From Geosiphon pyriformis uo1 (Eukaryota > Fungi > Glomeromycota), in the NCBI GenBank assembly GCA_016748015.1, contig JAAOMT010000762.1, positions 558,001-622,000 of the forward strand: a stretch of 64,000 nt of DNA, written 5' to 3'. The first letter of the stretch is position 1. Every line of letters starts with the position of its first letter. Shown here in pieces: positions 13,657 through 27,317 of this stretch. The position numbers and the translations under genes are program-made. Under the pieces are notes generated by a model that was not told where the DNA came from, ran no database searches, and saw only the letters and a list, made by a program, of their open reading frames with translations.

Positions 13657-14610
13657 TGTTACTCAAGTAGAAAAACCAATTTAAATCTATAAAAAAAATA
13701 TAATTAACATGTAATAATATAAAAAAAATATGATAATATAAAATAACACAATATAATATTTAATAATTTAGGATAATACAAAATAATACACAATAATATG
13801 AAATAATATAGAATAATTAATTATAACATAGAATTATTAGTTATAACATAAAAAACCAAAACAATAACAAAAATAGTAAACAATAGTTAATAATAATAAA
13901 TAATCAAAAAAAATCTTATAAACTAAAAAAATATATATAAAAATAAATAGTTTTAGCAAATAAAAAAGAACAAAAAAAGACAAAAACCAATTTTTTTTTA
14001 TATATTTTATTTTAAACTTAATAAATCTTTTTATTTTATTTTTTTTATATTTTGTATTAATTATTAAATAAAATATTATTCAATTCACTTATATATAAAT
14101 CCAAAATTTGTATTGTTAAAATTAAATTAATTAGTTCTCTTATTTTTGTTTCAGATCAGATGTTATTAATATAAAACAGCTTTAGAATTCTAATGACTTA
14201 GACCAATTGCTTTTGATTATGATAATTAACAATACTAATTTTTTTTTTGTTTTTTTTTGTTTTTTTGTGTTTTGTTTTTTGTTTTTTGTTTTTTTTCTTT
14301 TTTTGTAAACTAACAATTATAAAAATTAACTGTTTGAAAATAGATTTTATGATAGTTTAATAAAAAAAAAAGCTTTTTTTAGGTTTAGATATTAATTTAT
14401 TTTGTTAATTTATTAAAAAAGTGAAAAAACAATATTAGATCTTAATAATTGCACTCAACTAGCTCAGAAAAAATAGCTTATATCTATAATTATGAACTGT
14501 TAAAATGTATTTTTGTGCTTTATAACTAAAAAACTTTATGGGTAAATTTACATATAATAAAAAAATCTTTAAAGACTTATAATTTTAGCATATTTTTTAT
14601 TGTTATTAAT
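13657..14610 (+). repeat. Family-B LTR (TGTTACTC...), inserted in another B LTR and interrupted by a C LTR
   Basis: Aligns with 19339-19577 plus 27318-28000 and with the reverse of 36000-36960. Confidence 0.75.
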
Positions 14611-15583
14611 AGAATTTTAGTTATTAATTAACATAATTTTTATTATTAAATAGCATATATTATTATTATTTTAATTATTACTTATTATTTAATTAAATTA
14701 TTAAATATTAGTATTTAATTAATAACTCAATTTATATAATACACAAATATAATGATTAATATACTAAACTCTATAATATTTAAGAATTCGCTAAAATTTG
14801 TAGAAATTTGTAAAATATTTTAATAGTTTACCAAAATAACTAATAGTTTATAGAAACAACTTATAGTTTGTTAAAATTTATTTTTAGTTTATTAAAATTA
14901 TAGCAAAGAAAAAGTTTAAGTTTATAAAATAGTACTATAACAAATTATATAAAAAAAAAGCTTTTTTTTCAAAAAAAAATATTTTATATTGAAATAATAC
15001 TTTTACTTAAAGTTATTATCTTTATATTATTACAAATTAAATAAAAAATCAAATACTTTAAAAACATAAATCTTTTAATTATTGTACTTAAAATTTTCCA
15101 AAAATCCAATTAACATTTTGAAATTGATTAGCTACCAATTTCAGTAATCTGTTAATAACTTTAAACTTGAACAAAAAACACTTTTCTTATCAAAAAATTT
15201 TTTCTTTTATATTTTTTTATATTTTTATATTTTTTCTATTATAATTATTAAAGTAGCCTATACACAAAATTTCTGTAAAAAAGTTGACTTTTACAACAAA
15301 ATAACTACATATTTTTAGTAAATTTTTAAGCAAGCAATTCCTAGAAAAAAGTTGACTTTTACTACAAAGTAATTACATAAAATAATTAATACAGAATTGG
15401 TTATTCTATTTATAAATCCAGTACTTTAAATTATAGAAAATAATTTAAAGATAAATTTAGTTATTAAAGGTTTAATAGCTTTTAATAATCGAGAATTAAC
15501 AGCAAAACATCATTAGTAATATTCAAAAAAAGAGACCAAAAATTTTTAGTAATATTTAGTGCTCTTTTACAGAAACAATACAG
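14611..15583 (+). repeat. Family-C 5' LTR plus PBS remnant
   Basis: Aligns with 44075-45048. Followed by TTTAGTGCTCTTTTACAGAAAC, compare TTTGGTGCTCTTCCATGGAAAT at 45049. Confidence 0.8.
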
Positions 15584-18500
15584 TATTATTAGAAGTTTTT
15601 GGTCTCTTTTTCTGAATATTGTTAATGTTGTTTTTGCTGTAAATTTGCTATTATTAGAAGCTATTAAATCTTTAATAACTAAATTTATTTTCAAATTATC
15701 TTTTATAATTTGAATTGCTAAGCTTATAAGTAGAATGACCAATTCTATATCAGTTATTTTATGTAGTTACTTTGCAATAAAAGTCAACTCTTTTTTAGAA
15801 ATTGCTCATTTGAAAACCCACTAGAAAGGTGTAATTACTTTACTATAAAAGTCAACTCTTTTACAAGAAATCTTGTCTGTAAACTACTTTATTGTATATA
15901 ATAAGAAAAAAAAAAAAATGTAAAAAAAAAAAATTTTATTAAGAAAATTGTTTTCTGTTCAAGCTTGAAGTTACTAACAGATTACTAAAATTAATAGCTA
16001 ATTAATTTCAAAATATTAATTGGATTTCAAAGAATTTTAAGTATAAATAGTTAATAATTTTTGTTTTTAAAGTATTTATTTTATTAATAAAAATAAAAAG
16101 TATTTTTAAAATAAGATAAAATATATAATTTCGAATTAAATATATTTTTTTTAAAAAAAAAACTCTTTTTTTATACAACTTATTATAGTACTAGTCTATA
16201 AATTTGAACTTTTTTTTCTGTTATCATTTTGATAAACTACAAGTTATTTTTATAAACTATAAATAATTTTAGTAAATTATTAAAATATTTTGCAAATTTT
16301 GGCAAATTCTTGAATGTTATAGAGTTTAGTATACTGCATGATCTGATTATTAAATTTGTGTATTATATTAATTAAATTATTAATTAAATAGTAATATTTA
16401 ATAATTTGGTTAAATAATAAATGATAATTGAAATAATAATAATATATGCTAATTAATAATTAAAATTCTATTAATAACATAATTTTCTTCTTAAAACTGA
16501 GCTTTGTTAAAATTCAAGTACTATCTATAATATTGAAATAATAATCCAAAATTATTGATGTAAATTGGTTTAAAAATTGTTAAAATCTTAGTTCTGTGAA
16601 TTTGCCAATATATTGAATCTTTATTGGTTGGAGTATTAAATTTTGTAGAACATTTTTATAAGTATTGAATAAATTATAAAGTCTAAAAACTGTTTTAAGT
16701 TTATAATAAGTATTTATTGGTCCAGCTGTTGTCTTGGATTCATTGTAAATTTGATTCTATATAACTTTAAGAGTAATATTGGTTGCTTTGAATTCCAGTT
16801 TTTGTTAGTACAGTGTTTTTCCAATTTGAAAATATCAATAAATTGGAGTATATTTATTGTTTTTATTAAAACATATTTGAAGTTTTTATTGTATTATAGC
16901 ATTTAAGAAAATATTAATAGAAATAAACAATAGATTTTTTTTAAAGCTTGCTTTAAAAGTTTTAATAAGTGACTTTTATAATAACTTTTTGTGTTTTTTT
17001 TATAATAATAATAATTCTAAGAATTATTTATTACTAAAATTGTAGTTTTTTTTTAAATATAATTAATTTAACTTCTATTAAATATTATAGATAAATTAGA
17101 AAGTATTTTCAAAGCTAATATTAATTTTTGAAATATTTGTTAAATATTTCAGAAAATAAGTATTATAAAATTAAATAAAATTTGGTAAAATGAAAGAATA
17201 AAAAAGAAATTATTTTTGATATAGTGGTTTTTATATATATTTTTAAAATTAAGTATTTTCTAATAATTATTTTACTATTTTTGTTTAATGTTTCTGTGTT
17301 ATTTAAAAAAAAATTACTAATATAATTAAATAATTTAAATGTTTAAGTTTGGTTGTTGTTGTATTATAACTATTGTTTTTAAATTTCAGAGAATATCTTC
17401 AGAATTAATTAAAAGGGAATATATATTAATTTGTAAAATTAATAATATAGGATTGATTCTAAAATAATAATGTTTTAATCGATTTTATGTGTAATTTTTG
17501 CTAAAATTTTGTTATCAAATTTTAACTTGCATAATCTATTGCTTAAAACTTTGTGAATATAAAATAATCTATCTTATTTATAATTAAATTTTCTATTTCA
17601 TTTTTTTTCAGTTTTAGTTCTGTATAAGAAAACTTTATTTCTAATTTTAAATTTATTAGTAGCTGGTGGCAATTTGTTATCATGTTATTTTTGTTAAGCT
17701 TAAAAGTATTCAATATGAATAATTACAATTTGTTGTTTTTTTTTAATGTACTAAAAAAAATATAGGCTTTTTATTAAAATGTTTCTTGAAAGTTTTCTTC
17801 TGTAATAAGTTATATTAGATATATTTCTATTATAAAATTAATTAATAATATTGCTGTTTTTCTATAAATAAGATTAAATAGTATGTGTTTTATGGTATTT
17901 TGTTTTAATATTCTATAAACTAATAATACTTATAAAATAAAGATATCTTATTTTTGTTCAAAATTGGTCAAGATTTTGACTAATAATTCACATAATGTTT
18001 AGTTAAATTGTTTTACAAATTTATTTGTTTATGAGTAATAGAATGATAATAGTAGTTATTTGACATTAAATTATTCACAAATTTTTGTATCAAGTTGTTT
18101 ACAAAATGTGTTTTTTAATTAGATAAAAGTTTAATTAGATATTTATATCTATAAATAATATCTTCATAGATGAAATTTGCTATTGATTTTGTATTTGCTC
18201 TTTGAATAACTCTGGTTTTAGGCTATTTAGTAAGATAATCTACTGTAACTGCAATCTAATAATTTTTTTTAAATGGTAATTGGTAGTAGTCTAACTAAAT
18301 TAATTTCTACTTTGTTAAAAATTTATTTAATTTTAATTGGATTTAAAGACTTAATAGAACAAATTTTTTTTTTAACAACTGTTATATAATTCTATGTATT
18401 GTCAAATATATTAATAATAAATTGGTGTATATATTGTAAAAAATAGTTTTTTTTTGTTTTTTTGTACTAATTTAAGTAGATTGGTTGAATTTTTACGATT

Positions 18501-19030
18501 TTAATAATAAATTTTGTTATAATAAAGGAAATATTGTTTTAATTGGTATTATAATTAATGCTTTTTAATTAAAGATTAATTTTTTGACATAATAAGAGTT
18601 TTTAAATAGGTTTTGATGTTATTGTAGTTTTTAAAATCTATTGTTTGTTAATTGTTTATTGTTATTAAGCTAATAAATAGTAGTAAAATTGATATTGGTA
18701 TTAATCTTGTCTTTTTTTTAAAAGACTATTAACATTAGTGTGTAATTTTTTAAATTTGTAATAAACAATATATTTATAATTGGCTAGAAAATCAGTTTAT
18801 TGAAATTGTTTAATACTAAATTTAAATCTCTTTTTATTAAGCTATTTAAAACTAATATTATCAGTAATAATGTTAAATTTTTTTTCTTTTTTTAGATACT
18901 ATTAAAAGTGTTTAAAAATTCAGATAACTGTTATTGTTTTTAATTTAGTAGAATCATATTTGAGTTTAGTTAGTTTGAATGTTTTGTTATAAAAAATTAC
19001 TTATTTATTGCTATTGTTATCTAATTGTAA
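15584..19030 (-). mobile_element. Truncated, decayed family-C Ty3/Gypsy copy: RNase H end, integrase, ORF3, PPT, 3' LTR (15584-16479)
   Basis: Reverse complement is colinear with ~50500-53947. The LTR ends in ...AATAACA at 16479, next to a PPT-like TTTTCTTCTT. Confidence 0.8.
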
Positions 19031-19577
19031 TAAGATAGTACTAAAAGCTGTATATAAAACATTAGTGACTAGTTAGAACTATACTACAAGATTTAGAACT
19101 AATTATTATTATTAAATACAATCTATGTATAACAATTTAAATTACATAAAATATGTATATAAATACTAAAAATATAAAAGAAGATGTTAAAAATACTTTT
19201 AATATAGATTTTTCAAACAAATTTATAGTTTAAAAACCTACAAAAAGCAATACTTGACACAATAATTAAATATTATATCAAAAAAACAATTTTAATAAAT
19301 ACATAAAATTTTGCAAAAGCTCAATTTTAAAAAAAATATATTATCTAATTAGAAAAACCAATTCAAAAGCTATTAAAAAAATGTGATTAAAATATGATAA
19401 CATAAAAAAAATATGATAATATAATAATACAAAATAATATATAATAACTCAAAATAATATAAAATATTACATAATAACATAAAATAACACAGAATAATTA
19501 GCTATAATATAAGATAACTAATTATAGTATAAAAAAATAAAGCAATAACAAAAATAGCAAGCAATAATTAATAATAA

Positions 19578-22500
19578 TGTTATAGTTGAAATACATAGTT
19601 TTTATTAATTATTATATGTATTAGTTACTAATATTATATAATTAACCATCTTATTTTTAAATAGTAATTATTAATTTGATTAATAATCTGACTATTAACT
19701 TAATTATTGACCTGATTATTAATTTGATTATTAACCTAATTATTAATCTGATTATTAACCTAGTTAATGACCTAATTATTGATCATTTTTAATAGCTATA
19801 TAAGTAATAAATCTCTTAAATATAGCAAAATATGTAGTAATTAATAAAAAATAAATAAAATAACAACTATTATCTCAATTTTTTTTTATTGTTTATTTTC
19901 TTTTCCTTATCTTCAAGTATTTGAATATCTTGGAATAAAAAATTATTTGTTGGCATTTATTTACTCTTTTCTTGACTTATATAATTGTAGCATTTAAAAA
20001 TTATTGAATAAAATGTGACTGAAAAGTATATTTGATATTTAATATTGAATTCTAAAAACACTGATATAAGACATAAAATTATATCAATATGTTATTATTT
20101 GTTAACAATATAGATTATCTTTCTACTTTTAGATTTCTTGGTTATCTTTTAAAAAGAATAGTGATTGAGATATTTTATAAGACTAATCTTGCACATTGAC
20201 TTCATATTTATTTAATTTGCTTCTCTTTAATTAATTCTATTATTCTACAATTCTGTTCTCTTTTGCTATCTATTAACTTATTATTTGAACCCATAACATA
20301 AAAATAGTGCTCCTTGTAAAACTGTTAAAATCTATATTGTATTTATTGTATAGATAATTATTTATATCTGCTACAATAATTAAAAGAATACTTTATAATA
20401 CATAACAAAAATAACATAAATTTTATTAAACTCAATTTTCTGTTTTTCTGCTTAATCTGCTTTTCTGTTAAAAAACAATCCAGTTAACAATTTTAAAATT
20501 TTTGAAACTGGTTTTTAAACAAATATTTAACTGAAACCTATACTGTCTATATAATTTATTTCTTTAATTAAGTTTATTTTAAAGAAGTCTTTGAAGAAAA
20601 AAACAACTATATTAATTAGCTCTTATACTTAACAATTTTTAAATAACAGCCTCTTAATTTTAAATACCTGAATTACCAAATTCACATCTAAATTGCTGCT
20701 TACTAGTTAGCTAAAACCTCTTTTGAAAGAGAAGAAAAAAGTTACCAAACCACTTCTGTTTTTGATCTCTTTTTAAGTGAATCAGATTATTCTATACAAA
20801 CAATTACTCTTTAATCAATAACTGTTGACTCCATGCAAACAAATATTTTAGCTACTTTTTAAAGTATACAAACTGTTTTAGGACAAAAAAACAACATCTT
20901 ATTACCATTATTTAAAGATAATATCTAAAATTCAATTGAATAGTTAGACAACTTTAAAAGAGCAGTTACAGCCAACCAATATTATACTAATTACAAGTTT
21001 TAAATTGTTAGTAGATATCTTTAAAACTTTTTTGTTATCTGGTTTTTACAAAAAACTGATCTTAATGTCCAACAAAAAATTATTAAATAAACACCAGCAA
21101 ATGCCAAAGAAGACAACATCTCTTTTACTATTCAGTTTGAAAATAAATTCAAAACTCCTATTTTAATCTTAAAATGGCATATAGAATTAGAAAAAAGAAT
21201 CCAAAACTTTGGTAAAGTTATAACTAAATATGCCAAAGCAATCAAAAAACTTATTAAATAAGTAGACTTTAAAAGAAATTGAACAAAAAAGCAAAAGATT
21301 TATTTTTTTACAAAAGGATTAAAAACCAATTTATCTTATGTTTTTTGGTCTTTTTTGGTCCTAAAAAACAATTTTACAATAAATATGATCATTAAGTTTG
21401 CACAAAGAATTAAAAACAATTAAAAAATATATTTAAGATTTACTTAACTAGTTTTTGTTTCTATTCCTATTTTGGCCTCTGTTTTTTAAATAGCTGCTAT
21501 CTCTTTTACTGCTCAAACTTAAAATTCAAATAAACAGTTAATAGATAGACTTACAGCCAATTTTGTCCAGCTATTAGAGCTCTTAGTCTAAGCAGTCAAA
21601 AAAAATTAACAATTCCAAAAATCCAGATTTGAATCTTATTTTAATTAGCTCTAATAATCTTCTTATCAAAAACAACAAAATTGTGATTCACTTATGTATT
21701 ATCTTTGTGGATTAACTAAATATTTCTCAAAAAATTGCAATAATTCTTTATTATTTCTTTTAGTTTCTAGAAACAATAATACTTAAAACAACAGATCTAA
21801 CAATAATAATGCCTTCAATTAAAGATCTAACTATATCAACATCGATTTTTTTGAAGAGAATCTTTTAATTGAAGTTACTGTTTATTAGTTTTTAAATTAA
21901 TAAATGTACTTCCAAAAGATAAAAGTACAAGCCAATTAGAAAAAAACTTTTTTTATACTTTTAACTTAATTAATAATAATCATAATATAAATAAATTAGC
22001 TATTAACTCCTTTAAATTTACAAAAAAAAAGAAAAAAGCCAAGGTTGATTTTGTTCTAAACTTTAACAAAGTTTTAATTTTTACTGCTAATAACAATAAG
22101 TTATCAAAGACTAAAGTTTTTAAAAATCCTTCAAAGTTAAAACTTCCAAAGATAATACAAAAATCTGGTCTTTATTTTATTGTTAAAGATCTTATGAAAA
22201 CTCTTATACATATTACTTTTGGCCAGTTAATAACCTATTTACAATTCAAAAAAGATTTTTAAAAATCCTTAATCCCAAAAAAAAAGATACCAAAAACTAA
22301 TAAGTATTCTTGCCAAGCTAAACTTGCTGACAATAGTAATGTTATTTTTTTAATTTACAAAGCCCAAGTGACTGGTTATTTTATTGATTTAATCTTAGAC
22401 AGTAAATTATCTGTAAGTATTATTATTAAATATTTTTTGGAAGCATTGAAAGAAAAATTAATAAACTCTTAATTAGATTTATGACCAATATATATGGTGA

Positions 22501-25500
22501 CAAAAAAAAAAGTTTTGGCATAACCAAAGCTGTTTTTGTTCATATTAATAACATTAGTATTAAAACTAATATAGAAGTATTTAAAACAAAAAAATACATC
22601 ATAATTGTTGGCAATAAGTGGTTAAAAAAAGCAAAAGTTTTGCTTGACTATAAACTTTGTAAACTAATTATTAGATGTAATAAAAAACCAATTGTGATTA
22701 AATACTGCTATTAGACAACTTTCTTAGTACCTAAGCAAAACTAAGAAGAAAAACAATCAGATAAATCAAACAATAAAAAAAAATAATGAAGAAAAAAAAC
22801 CAGAAGAACAAAAAAACTGTTAAACTTGCTTATATTATCTTTACTAACAATAACAAACTACTAAATAATATTAAAGCTAACAAATAAAAAATCATTGTAA
22901 ATAACAAGCTAATCTGTTGGTCTTATTATAATATGCTCAGAAAAATTTTTGACCAAAAATCTGGCAAGAAAGTTAAATATAGTTATTAGTAATATGATCT
23001 TTGTGTTTGGTATTGGTATAATAAATCTCTGTATTTTTCTAGTAATAAATACAAATTCTGTCTAATCTATTACAAAGATTGAGAATCTATTAGCTTAATA
23101 CCAAAAAAAGAGATAAAAAAAGTGCAAAAGTTCTTTGAAAATAAACTACCAAAGATACAGTTATTAATAATAAAGCAAAAAAAACTCTCCTTAAAAGAAA
23201 AAAAGATAGCCATTGAAAATCTGTTGGCTAAAAACAGTCCAGTTATTTCAAAAAAAGATGATATTCCTGGATGTATTTATGTAATACAACATATTATTAC
23301 CATTAGAAAAATTTGTTCTATCTATTTAAAGCTCTATTAATTTAATTATTACAATAACAAATTTATTAAAAAAGAAATAAACTGAATGAAAAATTTTGGA
23401 TTCATACAAAAAACCAAGAGTAAATAGACTTTTTAAGTTGTAGTAATATTCAAGAAAAGTAAAACCCTATGTTTTTGTGTTAACTACTGTCAATTAAATG
23501 TTATCACTAAAAGAAACATATACTTACTTCTCAAGATTAATGCAATATTAAATCAATTTAATGATACTGCTTTCTTTTTAATCATTAATTTAACTGCTGA
23601 ATTTTGGCAAATAGAGATGAATTCAGAAAGCAAAAAAAAAATCGTATTTATTATCAAGTATGGTATATACAAATTTACAGTTATGTTCTTTGATCTTACT
23701 AATATTCTTTCTATCTTTTAATATCTTATGGACAAAGTATTTGAATTAGTCAAAAAAAACTTTGTTCTAGTTTACTTAGATAATATAATAGTATACTCAA
23801 AAACCTAAAATAAATATCTTAAACATTTGCAAAAAGTTTTTAATCTTCTTAGAAATGCTGGTTTCAAAATTAACCTAATTAAATCTTTCTTTGAATATTA
23901 ATTTACCTAGTTCCTTGGTTATCTTATTACAAAAAATTGAATCTTTTCTGATTTTGCCAAGATTAAAAAAGTTCAGAACATTAAATAACTAATAAACATT
24001 CATAAATTACACTCTTTTCTTGGTTTGGTCTTTTATTATTGCAAATTTGTTAAAAATTTCTTCAAAATCGCCTTTTTTTTTAATCAACTATTCAAAAAAC
24101 TGTTAATTATTACTGGGATACACATTAGCAAAAAGTTTTTGAAACTTTGAAAAAAATACTAGTCATTAAATCAATTCTTATACAATCTGATTTAAATCAA
24201 TCTTTTATTTTTCACACTAATACATTTGGCTTTAGACTTGGTACTGTTCTTTCCTAAAAAGATAAAGATAACAAAAAGCATATTATAGTTTATGCCAGTC
24301 AACTATTTTTTCCAACAGAACAAAACTACTCAGTTATTAAACAAGAATGTCTGCCAATAGTATAAGCTATTAATTATTGTGATAAATATTTTTTTGGTGC
24401 CAAATTTCTGATAGTAACAGATTATCAAGCTTTGGTTTGACTGTACAAAAAAAAAACTGAAACACAAATAAATAACTTACTGGATACTTCACCTAGATAA
24501 ATTCGACTATGATATACAATATTATAAAAAAGCTTATTATTAAAACACTAATACTTTTTTTAAACTTTTCATTCAGTAATAGTACAATTTTTCCAAACCA
24601 AATTAATCTAATTATTAGTAACTTCTTCTTAAAACAAACATAATTATGAACTTAGACAACTACTTTATTTTAATAGAATTCTTGAATAAAAAATAATATT
24701 TACCAGACTATATTTAATAGCAAAAAAAACAATTAAATTTTTATTTGATCTGCCAAAACCAACTATACAAAAAAAATAGAAAAGATCTTAACCATTTTTA
24801 AAGAGTCATTAAATTTAAAGAAAGAGAAATTGTGATCTATAATATGCATATTGATTCATTAGCTGGACACTTTAGAAAATCAAAAACAATTCAGAAAACA
24901 CTTGTTTGCTATTATTGGCTTATATTGAAGAAAGACATTGTTAAATACATTAAAACCTGTAATATTTGCCAAAAAAATGAAAACCCAATTACAAAGAAAA
25001 TATTCATTTAATCTCTGTTGGTCAATTATTTGACAAAATTAATATAAATGTTGTTGGATTTTTAACAATAATTCTTAATAACAATAGATATATTATTATA
25101 ACTATTAACTATTTTATAAAGTAAGTAAAAACAAGAGCTACTTTAGACTAAACAGCCAATTTCATTTATAAAGATATAATTTATTGCTATTGCTATTTCA
25201 AAAAATTTTTATCTGATAGAAAAAAAGCTTTTCTCAATATATTAATTAAAAAACTTTGTAGAAAAATGGGAATACATTATAAACTTTTTTTTTATCACTT
25301 CTAAATAAATGACTTAGTAAAACATTTCAATAAAACACTATATAAAATTCCAATCAAAACCAGTGAAAAAACAAACTTATAAAACAAAATACTGTCTTTA
25401 ACTTTGTTTACTTATAAAACTGTAAATTATAACATAACAAGTTATGAACTTTTTTATCTGTTTTATAAACAAATAGCAATTTTGCTAATAAAAATTAATA

Positions 25501-27317
25501 TTAAGACAATACTCTTTGAAGAAATCACAATAGAAAATTACAAAAACATTTTGCAAAAAAAACTTAATACTATTTTTGACTTCTTTGTAAAAACACAAAT
25601 AATTGTCTTTGAAAAGATAAAACAGTTTTAAAAAAAGCTTAAAAAAAAATCTATAAAAAACTTTTCTTAAATATTGATAACTTAATTTTAGAATATTGCT
25701 TAGACAAAAACAATGTTTATAGTAATAAATTCTTTAATTAGTAAAAAAAATTCTTTATAGTCAACAAAGTTTTAAACAATGGTTTTTATATCTTATAAGA
25801 TTAATATGAAACAATATTTAATAATTACTTTGTTTATAGTATATAATTTAAAAAATATTACAAATAACTTGATTGATTACCTGTTGTAATAATACTAATC
25901 TAAATAATCAGCAAAAATCAGATATAAATAAATATATTATTTCCAAAACAAAGATATTTTTAATTAACATAAATAATTATTTTTTGAATTAAAACATTCA
26001 AAATACTTTCTATACTTTCTATAAGTATTGAATCAAAAATTATTCAAATGTTATTCTAATTATTGAAAAACAAACTATTATAACTAATAATAATAAAATA
26101 TATACTATTATTAAACCAAAGAAAACTACTACCAAGAAAGAAAAAATTAGTAGTAAATTGGATAAGTATCTGCTTAAAAACATTACAATAGCAATATTCT
26201 CTTTTTTTATTATAATTAGAAAAACAATTAAAAAAATCTTGTTCATAAACAAAAACTTGTCATATAAAAGACAATTAAAGCTTTATGGTTAACTTGGTAA
26301 AATTACAAAAGACATAAAACTTATAAAAAAAACAACTTCAAAAATACAAATGGAAATTTTGGACATTATATAATTAGATGTTCTAAAAGTTTTGACCATT
26401 GCCAAAAGAGTTAAAATTTTTATACAAAAATTTGGTTTCTTGGATATAAAGCTTATTTTATTTTAGATATTATATACTTTATTTACAAAAAACTTTAACA
26501 AACTAGTTAGCTTTGAATTAAATAAAAATTTTCAGATAGACTACACCATAAATAATTTAATTTTGTTGAGTTTAATCTTTTTAAAAAAAATAATGTTATA
26601 ATTGAAACACATAGTTTTTATTAGTTATTATATATATTGGCCATTAATGTTATATAATTAGCCACCTTATTTTTAGATAATAATTATTAATCTAATTAAT
26701 AACTTAACTATTAACTTGATCATTGACCTAATCATTAATCTAATTATTGACCTAATCATTAACTTAGTTATTAATCTAATTATTGATTATTTTTAATAGC
26801 TATATAAGTAATAAGTCTTTTAAATATAGCAAAATATATAACAATTAATAAAAAATAAATAAAATAACAACTATTATCTCAATTTTTCTCTTATTACTTA
26901 TATCTTTTTTTTTATCTTCATGTGTCTGAACATCTTAGAATAAAAGATAACTTGTTGGCATTTATTTTATTTTTTTCCTAACTTATATAATTATAACATT
27001 TGAAGATTATTAAATAAAATGTAATTGAAGAATATATCTAATACTTGATATTGAATTCTAAAAGCGTTGATATAAGACAAAGAATTATACTAGTGTATTA
27101 TTATTTGTTAACAGTATAAATTATTTTTTTATCTTCAGATTTTCCAGTTATCTTTAGAAAAAATAGCAACTGAAATATTTTGTAAGACTAATCTTATATA
27201 TTAAATTTATATTTATTCAATTTGCTTCTTAAAATTAAATTCTCTTTAATTAATTCTATTACTCTATAATTTTGTTCTCTCTTACTATTTGTTAACTTGT
27301 TATTTCAACTCATAACA
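19578..27317 (+). mobile_element. Full-length but pseudogenised Ty3/Gypsy family A (7.7 kb): LTRs 19578-20298 and 26594-27317, gag, protease, Cys-rich domain, RT, RNase H, separate integrase (ATG 24646), ORF3; no dUTPase
   Basis: Two ~720-bp direct repeats TGTTATA...CATAACA, ATAA TSD, PBS-like TAGTGCTCC at 20305. LILDS protease near 22385, LCFCVNY and VYLDNI RT motifs, H-H-C-C and catalytic integrase remnants. Confidence 0.93.
19665..19790 (+). repeat. 12-bp tandem array in LTR-A U3 (consensus ~CTGATTATTGAC, ~9 units; also at 26680-26790)
   Basis: Periodic units visible in both LTRs. Confidence 0.75.
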
